Virus record (IMG/VR): IMGVR_UViG_3300031456_000001 | Location: 21,080-85,079 of that record | DNA from: a virus | DNA: 64,000 nucleotides | Reading direction: 5' to 3' (one strand) | Shown here: in pieces, positions 47,232 through 55,597 of the stretch | How positions within the stretch are numbered: the stretch's first letter is position 1 | Layout of the letters: the number at the start of each line of letters is the position of its first letter | Notes under the pieces: model-generated | The model's input: the letters and a program-made list of their open reading frames with translations, nothing else | Database searches by the model: none | Told to the model about the DNA's origin: nothing | Program-made: the position numbers and the translations under genes

Positions 47232-47957
47232 TCAGCGCGTCCGGCGCAGCGGCACCTGGTAGATGACGGTGCGCCGGCCGTCGCTGTCGGCGCTGTAGCC
47301 GATCCGTTCGCCGACGGTCGGGCCGCCCTTCGGGTCGTGCCCGGCCGCCCGCGCGTGGTCGTGGGTTTCGGCGATGAAACGGAAGTGCATCTCGTCGGTC
47401 ACGTCGTGCGCGATCGCGTACTCGTGGCGGTAGGCGCGGACGTCCCTCCCGCCGTGGTCGGCGCCGACCTTCACGAGCCCTTCGGTCGTCGAGGGGTCCG
47501 GCCGCCCGCCCCGGGTTGTCGACGGCGGCAGCGCCGCGGGCGGACCGGCCGGCGGCGGAGCGGAGGCAACCCGTTCCCCGCCACCGGCCGGAGTCGGTGG
47601 GGCCGGATCCGCCGCGGGGGTGGGATTGCTTGGCTTGTCGGATCCGGGCGGGGAGGGTGGGGGTCCGTTCGGCTTGTCGGGCTGCGGCGGGAGGGGGGCG
47701 CTCCGGGCGGGTTCGTCGTCGTCGGCGAGCAGGTCGACCTCTTCCGGGTCGTCGGCCGGGACGACGGTGTCGACGTCCAGGCCGTGCTGCACGTCGTGCG
47801 CCTTCAACCGGGTGATCAGCTCGGCGGCGGTGCCGTCGCCGGGCAGGCCGCGGGCCTTGGCGAGCCGCTGCAGGTCACGGAAACCTACCCGCGAGTAGTC
47901 GGGTTTGACGCCTGCCGCGGCCTCGGCGACCGGGTCACGTTCCGGGGGTGCTGTCAT
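47232..47957 (-). CDS. SAP-domain protein with Pro-rich linker
   Basis: FRDLQRLAKARGLPGDGTAAELITRL. Confidence 0.7.
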   Translation of the reverse strand: MTAPPERDPVAEAAAGVKPDYSRVGFRDLQRLAKARGLPGDGTAAELITRLKAHDVQHGLDVDTVVPADDPEEVDLLADDDEPARSAPLPPQPDKPNGPPPSPPGSDKPSNPTPAADPAPPTPAGGGERVASAPPPAGPPAALPPSTTRGGRPDPSTTEGLVKVGADHGGRDVRAYRHEYAIAHDVTDEMHFRFIAETHDHARAAGHDPKGGPTVGERIGYSADSDGRRTVIYQVPLRRTR

Positions 47958-48053
47958 GGGGTGGTTGCCTCCTTCCCGGTGATCGTACCGAACGGGTGTG
48001 CGAAAGTCGCCGGTCACTCGCCGCCCATGATCATCAACCTTCCTGCATGTCGA

Positions 48054-49595
48054 TCACCCCTGGCTGACGTGCATGAGTGGCGATGCGACGACGTGAGTCA
48101 GCGGCCCCGGCGTCACGTGGGTCAGGTGTGGTACGCCAGCCGGTTCGGTCGACGCGGGCGGGGCGGTCGTCGTGACGTGGCTGACCACGCGGGTGGGGCC
48201 GCTGGCCGCCTTCGAGCCGCCCGTGGTCGTGCCGGCGCGGGCCTGGACCGCGGCAGCCCCGGTGGCCGCCCTGCGCCCACTGGCGACGGTGACCGGGTGC
48301 GCGTACACGGTCGCCACGCCGGTGCCCCGGTGTTGCCCGGTGGCCGTGGTTGCGACCCGGGCGGCCGGGGCCGCGGATGCGGTCGCGACCTTGAAGCCGG
48401 TGGCGACAACGGCGGCGTGCGCGCTGACCACGGCCGCGCCGAGGTGGCCGGTGGCCGCAACCGTCGAGGAGCGGGCGGGCACCACGGCCGCGCCGGCGCC
48501 GGTTTTCGACCCGGCCGCCGTCGAACCCGGGTGGGCCAGGGTGCTGCCGGCGCCGGCGGCCACTTTGAGGCCGGTGGCCGCGACGACGGCGTGCGCCGAC
48601 CCGCTACCGGCCCCGGTGGCGACCTTCCGGCCGGCGCCGGTGACAGCCGGGTGTGCGACCGCCGTGCCGGGCCCGGATGCCACCTTCTGCCCGGCGCTAC
48701 CGGTCGCCGGGCGCACCGAGGGCGTGCCGGCCGCGGACGTGGCCTTCTGGCCGGCGGCCGTGGTGGCCGGGCGTGCGAGCGGCGCCGCGGCGGCGCTGGC
48801 CGTCTTCTGCCCGGCCGCCCCGGTCGAAGTGTGGGTGATGGTGTCCGCACTGCCCGATGCGGTGATGGCGGCGGCCGCACCGGCGGTGAATGTCGCCTGT
48901 CGGGCGGCCGCGAACTGCTGCAGCAGGTGCAGCGGGATCGACACGTAGAAGGAGGCGGCCGGGGGTGTCGACGGGGTCGTGCCGATGAGCGCCCCGAGCC
49001 AGGCCGTGCGCTTGTCGCTGCCGACACAGGTGGCGGTGACGCTGCCCGAGTTTCCCTGTACCGCCTGCGCGAGATCGTCGGCGGTAATCACCTGGTCGCC
49101 GGTGTCGAGACGCTCGGTGAAGCTGGCCGGCGGGGTCCACGCGCCGCCGCCCCAGTTGGTGGCGTAGAAGGCCAACAGCCGGTCCGGGCCGAGAGTGTTC
49201 AGGCTGACGGCGGGGGTGACGGTGCCGCTGATGTTGTCGAACGCCGTGCCGACAGGGGAGTCCCACGGGGAACCGGTGGTGACGCAGCCGGCGTAGCGGA
49301 TCGCCGACCCGGCCCGGTAGGTGGACAGGTCGAGGGTGAAGTCGTAGGTTCCGGCGTCGGCGCCGCTGGCCCGCTTCCAGACGACGGCGAGCGAGTTGGA
49401 TGCGCCGACGATCGGCGAACCCTCGGCGTGCACGAATCCGGCGGCGAGAGCGCTCAGGGTCCGCGCAGCGACGTCGATGAAGATCGGGATGACGATGACG
49501 TCGTTGGCGGCGACACCGGCGGGCACCGCAAAGCTGGCCGACGCGGAACTGCCCAGGAGGTGGGTGCCGATCGACCCGAACGCCGGTGCAGCCAC
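48054..49595 (-). CDS. Putative virion fibre/decoration protein with ~20-aa Ala/Thr repeats
   Basis: N-terminal beta domain, then about 11 repeats such as RPATTAAGQKATSAAGTPSV. Confidence 0.7.
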   Translation of the reverse strand: MAAPAFGSIGTHLLGSSASASFAVPAGVAANDVIVIPIFIDVAARTLSALAAGFVHAEGSPIVGASNSLAVVWKRASGADAGTYDFTLDLSTYRAGSAIRYAGCVTTGSPWDSPVGTAFDNISGTVTPAVSLNTLGPDRLLAFYATNWGGGAWTPPASFTERLDTGDQVITADDLAQAVQGNSGSVTATCVGSDKRTAWLGALIGTTPSTPPAASFYVSIPLHLLQQFAAARQATFTAGAAAAITASGSADTITHTSTGAAGQKTASAAAAPLARPATTAAGQKATSAAGTPSVRPATGSAGQKVASGPGTAVAHPAVTGAGRKVATGAGSGSAHAVVAATGLKVAAGAGSTLAHPGSTAAGSKTGAGAAVVPARSSTVAATGHLGAAVVSAHAAVVATGFKVATASAAPAARVATTATGQHRGTGVATVYAHPVTVASGRRAATGAAAVQARAGTTTGGSKAASGPTRVVSHVTTTAPPASTEPAGVPHLTHVTPGPLTHVVASPLMHVSQG

Positions 49596-49652
49596 AACCC
49601 CCGCCCCCTGCTCCCTAGATGGTTACGGCGTCGGCGAGGCGTCGGCGACGGG

Positions 49653-49817
49653 TCAGCCCTGCAGCGCCTGCCAGTCGTGCAGCCGGGCCGGGTGGACGAC
49701 GAGGCCGCCCACTTCGGTCGGCAGGTCGTTGCCGTCGGAGTCGTGGCACGGGGTACCCGCCACGACACCGCACCGGCGGCAGTCGACGGTGGCGCGGGCC
49801 TGCTCTTCGTCGGTCAT
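49653..49817 (-). CDS. Small zinc-finger protein
   Basis: VDCRRCGVVAGTPC...HPAR; GAAGG RBS. Confidence 0.6.
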   Translation of the reverse strand: MTDEEQARATVDCRRCGVVAGTPCHDSDGNDLPTEVGGLVVHPARLHDWQALQG

Positions 49818-49834
49818 ACGGCGACCTTCCGTGG

Positions 49835-50380
49835 TCAGTTCAGGATGAGGGCGGCGAGGTTGTTGGTCTTCACCGTGTTCGAGGCGCTCGACGCGCTGTA
49901 GGTGCAGGAGACGCCGATCGCCCGGGCGATCGTGGTGTCCCAGGTGACCGTACGCAGCGCCTGCGTGATCGGGATGGGGGTGCTCGTCCAGGCGGTCAGG
50001 GACGTGCCCAGCTTCAGCTCGCCGGAGCCGACGACCGTGCACGTGGTGCCGATCGTGCCGGCGAACGTGCCGAGCCACTCCATCTCCCACGGCCAGGCGG
50101 CGGCACCTGAGCCGGTGGCGATGACCGACGACAGCGCGATGTCGGTCGTGATGCTGGCGGCCACGGTGCCGATGTACAAGCCCAGCGTGATATTCGGCGT
50201 GCCGGTCGTGGAGAACTCGCCGTTGGTCTTGATCCACAGCTTCTGCCCCAGGCGCGGCACGTAGGCGCCGAACACCGGCAGGGGCTGCGGGCTGACATCC
50301 TGCTTCGTGGTGAACGAGCCGAACGACGCGCCGGCCGCGGTGTGGAACGGGTCGAGCGCGGTGGCAAAGCTGAAGTTCAT
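49835..50380 (-). CDS. Putative virion structural protein
   Basis: Beta-rich 181 aa in the head accessory cluster. Confidence 0.65.
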   Translation of the reverse strand: MNFSFATALDPFHTAAGASFGSFTTKQDVSPQPLPVFGAYVPRLGQKLWIKTNGEFSTTGTPNITLGLYIGTVAASITTDIALSSVIATGSGAAAWPWEMEWLGTFAGTIGTTCTVVGSGELKLGTSLTAWTSTPIPITQALRTVTWDTTIARAIGVSCTYSASSASNTVKTNNLAALILN

Positions 50381-50387
50381 GGCGCTC

Positions 50388-51023
50388 CTAGCCCGGCAGG
50401 GAGACGGTGAAGGTCGGCACGGTGTACTGCCCCTGCCCGGCGAACACCTCAGGCGTGAACTTCTGCACGTCGCCGTCGCCGATGGCCGTGATGTCGACCG
50501 CGGAGCCGCCGAGCGTGGTGGACACGCGGAAGGCGTCCGTGGTCAGCCCGGCTGCGATGACGAAGTACTCGGTGTCCTCGGACAGGCCGGTCGGCAGGGA
50601 GGCGCCGATGGTCGCCCAGAACAGCACCGAGTTGCCGGAGGCGAGGCCGTGCGCGGGGCTGAAAATGTCGTTGGCGGTGACCCCGGCCGAGTCGACGGAG
50701 ACGGCCCGCCGGGCTGACGCGCCGGCCGGCGACCATGCCTTCTGGGTGCCCGCGGTGGATGCGTCGTAGTTGGCCACAGCCCGCACGGTGGTGGCTGCCG
50801 GCACGTCGAACGTCTTCGACGCGGACGACGCTTTGGCCCCGGCGGCCGCGGCGGAATACGTGAAGCTCTGCCGAGCGTAAGCCGGGGATCCGCCGGTCAC
50901 CTCGTTGCCACCCGCGGGCGGAAAGCCGGTGTGCAGGGACATGAATGGTGTCGTGGTGAGCCCCGCGGCGACGGCGGAATCAAGCAGGGCATTCTTAACC
51001 GTATCGGGCAAAGTGGCAGTCAT
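50388..51023 (-). CDS. Putative virion structural protein
   Basis: SLHTG, EVTGGSPAYARQ, HGL..G, LPTGL...TEYFV. Confidence 0.7.
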   Translation of the reverse strand: MTATLPDTVKNALLDSAVAAGLTTTPFMSLHTGFPPAGGNEVTGGSPAYARQSFTYSAAAAGAKASSASKTFDVPAATTVRAVANYDASTAGTQKAWSPAGASARRAVSVDSAGVTANDIFSPAHGLASGNSVLFWATIGASLPTGLSEDTEYFVIAAGLTTDAFRVSTTLGGSAVDITAIGDGDVQKFTPEVFAGQGQYTVPTFTVSLPG

Positions 51024-51044
51024 GCCGAAAATCCCTTCATTCCG

Positions 51045-51392
51045 CTATCTGGTGATGCTGCGCCGCAGCCGGGCGTCGCCTTCGGCGAGGCAGTCGGTTT
51101 CGGTGCCGTCGGTGATGATCAGGTCGTAGACCCCGGACCGCCAGGTCATGGTGTCCGTGTCGGTGTCCGGGATGGTGGCGGTGACGGTGCCCGTCGTCGT
51201 CTCGATGCTGACGTCGGCCTCGGCGAGCACCACGTCATCCTCGGCGCTGGCCCGCACCTGCATGGCGCCGGTCCAGCCGGCCAGGTCCCGCACCTCAAGC
51301 TGCAGGGTGTCGGGGTTCTCGACCTGGCAACGCACCGGCAGTTCGAAGGTGGAACCCTGCTTGACGACGATGTTGTGTGCGATCGCGACCAC
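51045..51392 (-). CDS. BppU_N/Ig-like small structural protein
   Basis: VKQGSTF, DLAG....MQVR, GVYDL. Confidence 0.65.
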   Translation of the reverse strand: MVAIAHNIVVKQGSTFELPVRCQVENPDTLQLEVRDLAGWTGAMQVRASAEDDVVLAEADVSIETTTGTVTATIPDTDTDTMTWRSGVYDLIITDGTETDCLAEGDARLRRSITR

Positions 51393-51509
51393 AGCCCACC
51401 TCCCCGGATGTGCGAAGACCGGCGGCAGCAGATGCCGCCGCCGGTCCTTTCCCCCGCCTGCGCTACAGGCGCGCCCGGGCCGCTGCCGGCCTCCGGGCGC
51501 CCTCGCGCG

Positions 51510-52580
51510 TTAGTCGGTGATGCGCTCCAGGACGGACGCGGCCTTCTCGTGCGTGAGCTTGAACGCGCGCCGGGTGCGGAACTTCATCGCGTAGTCGTCG
51601 GTGTCGTCCTGCGCGCGGGCGTCGTCGGTCAGGGTTTCCGGGCCGGACCGGTCGCCACGCGCGAGGTGCCGCTTGTTGGCGAAATACAGCAGGTCGTTGC
51701 CGGCCGGGCTGCCCGAGTTGGCCGCCGACGTCTTGCAGCCACGCGACCAGTAGATCGGCGTCTCGAAGAGGCTGTCCGGGGTGGCGTTGCCCGGCATCTT
51801 CGAGCCGCGCTGGAAGATCGGGCGGCCCTGGCCATCGACGCAGAGCCGCAGCGCGCTGCGCCAGCCGGGCGCCGCGATGACGATCATGTCGGCCTGGTTC
51901 CAGTACTTGCCGGTCTCGACGAGCTGGAACAGGTAGGAGAGCTTCTCGTACAGCGACGTCCCGAGCGGGGTCGTCGGCAGCGAGATGAGGTCGTCGTCCC
52001 ACGTGGTGTAGTTGGCGTCCGCGACGTACGAGGTGGCGGAGTTGGTCGTCCGCAGCGCCTTGTAGGCCGAGGTGAACGGCGCGATCGCGGTGCCGTCCTC
52101 GGTCGCGGTAACGCCGAGGCACGCGTTGTCGAACACGTCGGCGTACGAGATGGCCCAGTCGAGGGCCTTCGTACCGAGCACGTCGAGGCGGGTGTTGGCG
52201 TCGGCCAGGTCGTCCTCATCGACGGTCACGCGGGCGATGAACCGCCGGGCGGTAAGGATGACGTCGTCGTTGGTCGAGGTGTCCGACACGTACGTGGTGC
52301 CGGCCTGGACGGTGATGCCCGCCGACCGCGGGATCGACTTCGTCTTCGAGTTCATGATCACCCGTCGCGCCTGCGACTCGATCACGGACTCGGTGAGCAC
52401 CCGCTGAATGACGTTCGAGTCGTACTCGATCGGGATCCAGGTGGTGATGTTCATGTTGGCGCCACCGGCGGCGGCGTAGACCGGCTGACCACCGCGGGTG
52501 AAGCCGATGACGGTGCCGGAGACGGCCTCGTCGCGGTCGGTGGTGACGTCCCACTGCACGCGGGAGCTGGTGCGCTGCAT
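51510..52580 (-). CDS. Major capsid protein (HK97 fold)
   Basis: WIPIEY..NVI, IPR, LR..VDGQGRPIF, LFETPI; follows the scaffold. Confidence 0.9.
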   Translation of the reverse strand: MQRTSSRVQWDVTTDRDEAVSGTVIGFTRGGQPVYAAAGGANMNITTWIPIEYDSNVIQRVLTESVIESQARRVIMNSKTKSIPRSAGITVQAGTTYVSDTSTNDDVILTARRFIARVTVDEDDLADANTRLDVLGTKALDWAISYADVFDNACLGVTATEDGTAIAPFTSAYKALRTTNSATSYVADANYTTWDDDLISLPTTPLGTSLYEKLSYLFQLVETGKYWNQADMIVIAAPGWRSALRLCVDGQGRPIFQRGSKMPGNATPDSLFETPIYWSRGCKTSAANSGSPAGNDLLYFANKRHLARGDRSGPETLTDDARAQDDTDDYAMKFRTRRAFKLTHEKAASVLERITD

Positions 52581-52689
52581 GTCTTGTCCTCTCGCTCGCG
52601 CACATCGGGTGTCTTCGATGCTCGTCGCGAGCGAGGGAGGTAGCCAGGGCGGCCCGTCACGGGTAGCGCGGTGGTTTTCCTTACCTGAT

Positions 52690-52717
52690 CAATGAAAATA
52701 GCACAAGCGTTTCATTG
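52690..52717. promoter_or_regulatory. AT-rich inverted repeat upstream of the capsid gene
   Basis: CAATGAAA-N12-TTTCATTG. Confidence 0.5.
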
Positions 52718-52736
52718 GGCCAATAGCCGGACATGG

Positions 52737-52768
52737 CACAGCCCCCGGCCAGTGGACCGGGGGCTGTG
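52737..52768 (-). terminator. Putative terminator
   Basis: CACAGCCCCCGG...CCGGGGGCTGTG, 12-bp stem. Confidence 0.6.
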
Positions 52769-52792
52769 TTCGCCGGGGCGGGCGACGGCTTG

Positions 52793-53149
52793 TCAGAGAC
52801 CCGGCTCGGCCGGCGGGGGCGGGGTGTCGGAGCCGTCGGCGTCACCGACGGCCACGTCGAGGTCGGCGAGCGCCGCGGTGGCCGCATCGAGCTTCGCGTT
52901 GGCCTGGTCGACGGCGGCCTGGCCGGTGGCGGTGAGGTTCTCCCGTTCGGCGTTCATCGCCGTGGTCAGCGCGACGAAGTCGGCGTGGATGTCGGCGGTC
53001 GTCGCGGCGAGCGCGTCGACCTTCGTGGACAGGGCGTTGACCTGCTCGGCAGCGGTTGCCATGAGCGCTCCTAGGTTGTCGATCTTGGTTTCGATGCGCT
53101 CGATCGCCGCGATCGCGTCGAGCACCAGCTTTGCATCGGCCAGGCTCAC
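52793..53149 (-). CDS. Coiled-coil hypothetical protein
   Basis: Heptad-rich 118 aa; GAGG RBS. Confidence 0.7.
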   Translation of the reverse strand: MSLADAKLVLDAIAAIERIETKIDNLGALMATAAEQVNALSTKVDALAATTADIHADFVALTTAMNAERENLTATGQAAVDQANAKLDAATAALADLDVAVGDADGSDTPPPPAEPGL

Positions 53150-53218
53150 GGCGCACCTCTTCCGGCGTGATCGAACAGACGATGGAACGATACCGCGTCA
53201 CCCGTCCGGGCGCGCTTC

Positions 53219-54244
53219 CTACACCCGACCGCGTTCGAACATCTGTGCGGCGATCTTCTCTTCCCAGGTCTTCGGTGCGGCCTGCTGCCGGCCGCGGCCG
53301 CCGCCATCGACGTCGCGGGCGCCCCGGCTGGCCCGGGTTGCGGTCCGGGCCGTGGCGGCCGTCCGGCGTCGGGCCGGCTTGCGCTCCTCGAACAGGTTCG
53401 GGAAGTCCTCCTGGAGCTGCGTGATGGCCTCTTCGATGCCGAGCAGCTCGAAGCTGTCGCCGTCGAGGTCCAGGTCCAGCTCGTCGGGGTCGATGGTGCG
53501 CATGATCCGGCGCAGCTGCCGGTCGTCGCCGGTGAACCCGGCGTCGCGCAGGGCGAGGCGGGCGGCGTGCTCGGCGAGGATCGGCATCAGCTCTTCGCGG
53601 GCTTTCTGCTCGCCGCGGCGTTCCGCGGTCAGCACCGCGCGGGCGTGTTCCTTGTCCCGCTGCCGGCGGCTGCGTTCGTCGTCGCCGCGGCGCGGGTCGT
53701 CCTCGTACTGGTCGACGTCGGCGGTGTCGTCGCGCGGGTCGACGACGTCGTCGCCGTACGGGTGTCCGGTTTCGGGGTCGATGCCGCGTTCGGTGAGCCA
53801 GGTGCCGAAGTCGTCGATGCCGAGCTTGTCGGCGTACTTGCCGATGCGGCGGCGTTTGCCGGCTTCGGCGTTGGCCCGCTTCAGCGAGCCGGTGACCCGG
53901 TCCCAGGTGGCCCGGTCCGGCGGGGTCCAGTCGGCGTCTTCCCCGTCCTCGTCCTCGCCGTCGTCCTGCTGCTGGCGCCCCCGGCGGGCCTTCCGCGCGG
54001 CCGGCTCGTCCTCGTCGTCGTCATCGTCGTCCGCGTCGTCGTCGGCGTCCCGACCCGAATCGTCGTCGTCGTCGAACTCGGGATCGTCGCCTTCGTCGTC
54101 ACCGACCGCGAATTCGATTCTGCTGCCGCCGGAGCGGCCGCCCTGGGCGCTGTAGACGGGCACGCCGAGCACCGTGTAGGCGATCGGGGTGTAGGGCGAG
54201 GCAGAAGCCGCCCGTAGCCCAGGCTTGACTGCAGTGGTGGTCAT
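53219..54244 (-). CDS. Capsid scaffolding protein
   Basis: Acidic tract, helical core, ANAEA..RR, FPNLFE, DGG; upstream of the capsid gene. Confidence 0.8.
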   Translation of the reverse strand: MTTTAVKPGLRAASASPYTPIAYTVLGVPVYSAQGGRSGGSRIEFAVGDDEGDDPEFDDDDDSGRDADDDADDDDDDEDEPAARKARRGRQQQDDGEDEDGEDADWTPPDRATWDRVTGSLKRANAEAGKRRRIGKYADKLGIDDFGTWLTERGIDPETGHPYGDDVVDPRDDTADVDQYEDDPRRGDDERSRRQRDKEHARAVLTAERRGEQKAREELMPILAEHAARLALRDAGFTGDDRQLRRIMRTIDPDELDLDLDGDSFELLGIEEAITQLQEDFPNLFEERKPARRRTAATARTATRASRGARDVDGGGRGRQQAAPKTWEEKIAAQMFERGRV

Positions 54245-54334
54245 CTCGACCGGCCTCCCTGTTCGCGGTGCCCGTCGCGGGCGTGACGTCGCGTCGGTGA
54301 TCAGGGTAGCCGAACAGGCGTACGAACAACAGGA

Positions 54335-54358
54335 AGCCCCGCCCGGGTGGGCGGGGCT
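54335..54358 (-). terminator. Putative terminator
   Basis: AGCCCCGCCC-gggt-GGGCGGGGCT, followed by TCCTGTTGTT on (-). Confidence 0.6.
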
Positions 54359-54370
54359 GGTCCTGGATGG

Positions 54371-54721
54371 TCAGGTGTTGTCGCGCTCGTCGGCGAATTC
54401 GATGCCGTCGTTGGTGTCGGGGTTGTCCCACCGGTCCGCGGTGTCCTGCGGGGCGGGCTGCTCGTCGGCGTCGTCGCCGTACAGCGGTTCGGCGGTGCAG
54501 GTCCGGACGTGCTCGGCGGCCTGCTCGGCCTGTTCCGGCGTGAACTCCTCGCCGCACCGGTCGCACACCGCGTCTTCGCTTTCGGCGTCTTCCGGGTCCT
54601 CGTCGTAGTCATAGTCATCAAAGTCGTCGGGGTCCGGACCCTCGTCGTACTGGGGGTAGTCCCAGCCGGTCGGCTCGCCGGCCTCGTTCCGGTAGATCTG
54701 TGCGCCAACTCCGGGGAACAT
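54371..54721 (-). CDS. Acidic hypothetical protein with Zn-finger-like motif
   Basis: CDRC...H...C; AAGGAGGCCCCAGATG leader. Confidence 0.7.
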   Translation of the reverse strand: MFPGVGAQIYRNEAGEPTGWDYPQYDEGPDPDDFDDYDYDEDPEDAESEDAVCDRCGEEFTPEQAEQAAEHVRTCTAEPLYGDDADEQPAPQDTADRWDNPDTNDGIEFADERDNT

Positions 54722-54748
54722 CTGGGGCCTCCTTCGTGGTGGGATTGG

Positions 54749-55126
54749 TCAGTCGCCGATCGAGTACCAGTCGTTGCGATCGCAGCCGGGCGCCGAACAG
54801 GTGATGCGGTCGCCGTACGCCTCCTGCGTGGTGACCACCGTGTCGTAGCCCTTGCACTTGGGGCAGCGCGACACCGCGTACAGGTCAGGCTGACCACCAT
54901 GGTTTGGTGTGCCGTCGGCATGCCGCGCAACGGTGAACGCATCCTCGCCGAGTTCCCACGGGCCGGGCCGGTACGCCGGGTCGGTGATGCGGTGGTCCCA
55001 GGCGGCCTTCACGGTGACGATCGGCTTGCGGCACGTGCTGCACAGGTGACCGGCATCCACGTCGGCGAGAACGGCCAGAACGACCTCGCCGTCGCGGTGC
55101 CAGATAGTGGCAGTGTCGATGGGCAT
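54749..55126 (-). CDS. Hypothetical Cys-rich protein
   Basis: CSTC, CPKC; first gene after a promoter cassette. Confidence 0.7.
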   Translation of the reverse strand: MPIDTATIWHRDGEVVLAVLADVDAGHLCSTCRKPIVTVKAAWDHRITDPAYRPGPWELGEDAFTVARHADGTPNHGGQPDLYAVSRCPKCKGYDTVVTTQEAYGDRITCSAPGCDRNDWYSIGD

Positions 55127-55186
55127 CTGGGGCCTCCTCGTTAGTGGAGACCCCAGGCTAGCAAACTGTCACGCGACGTGTCAACT
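55122..55186 (-). promoter_or_regulatory. Promoter, leader and RBS cassette (direct repeat of 33900-33964)
   Basis: TTGACA-N18-TAGCCT; upstream stop TGA lies inside TTGACA. Confidence 0.88.
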
Positions 55187-55597
55187 TCCGGGGTTGACGA
55201 GGTCGGGGTGGGCCATGTTGGCCTTGCGACTTCCGGTGTCGCCCTCGATGGCCTTGGAGTCGAGGTAGCGCCGCCGCAGCGCCTCCAAGAGGCGTTTGAT
55301 GGTCTGCGGCTTCGACGCGCCGGCCTCGACGGTGACCTTGTTGTCCCGGGCGACGGCCCGCAGCGCGGGCGCGCTGTAGCCCTTGAGGATGTTCTCGGCG
55401 GCGAAGTCGGACGGGGCGTTGCGCAGGCTGTAGGCCAGGTCCGTCTCGCCTTCGATGCGGGGGCGGAGCCGGGCGCGGTCGGCGTCGGTGGCGCCGACGG
55501 GAATGGGCGTCGGGGTGGGCGCCCGCAGGGCGGCGGGCGCAGCCGCGCGGACGGCCGGAGCCGCCGTCTCGGTGCGCCCGCCCTGCGGGCTTACGCT
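55181..55597 (-). CDS. Segment C of the frameshifted polyprotein
   Basis: Reached by a -1 shift at G GGA AAA (55603-55597); HeH-like YSAPALRAVARDNKV...KPQTIKRLL. Confidence 0.65.
   Translation of the reverse strand, partial: SVSPQGGRTETAAPAVRAAAPAALRAPTPTPIPVGATDADRARLRPRIEGETDLAYSLRNAPSDFAAENILKGYSAPALRAVARDNKVTVEAGASKPQTIKRLLEALRRRYLDSKAIEGDTGSRKANMAHPDLVNPGS

Noticed and set aside
53940-54110. GAC/GAT trinucleotide-rich tract
   Set aside because: It encodes the acidic region of the scaffold protein
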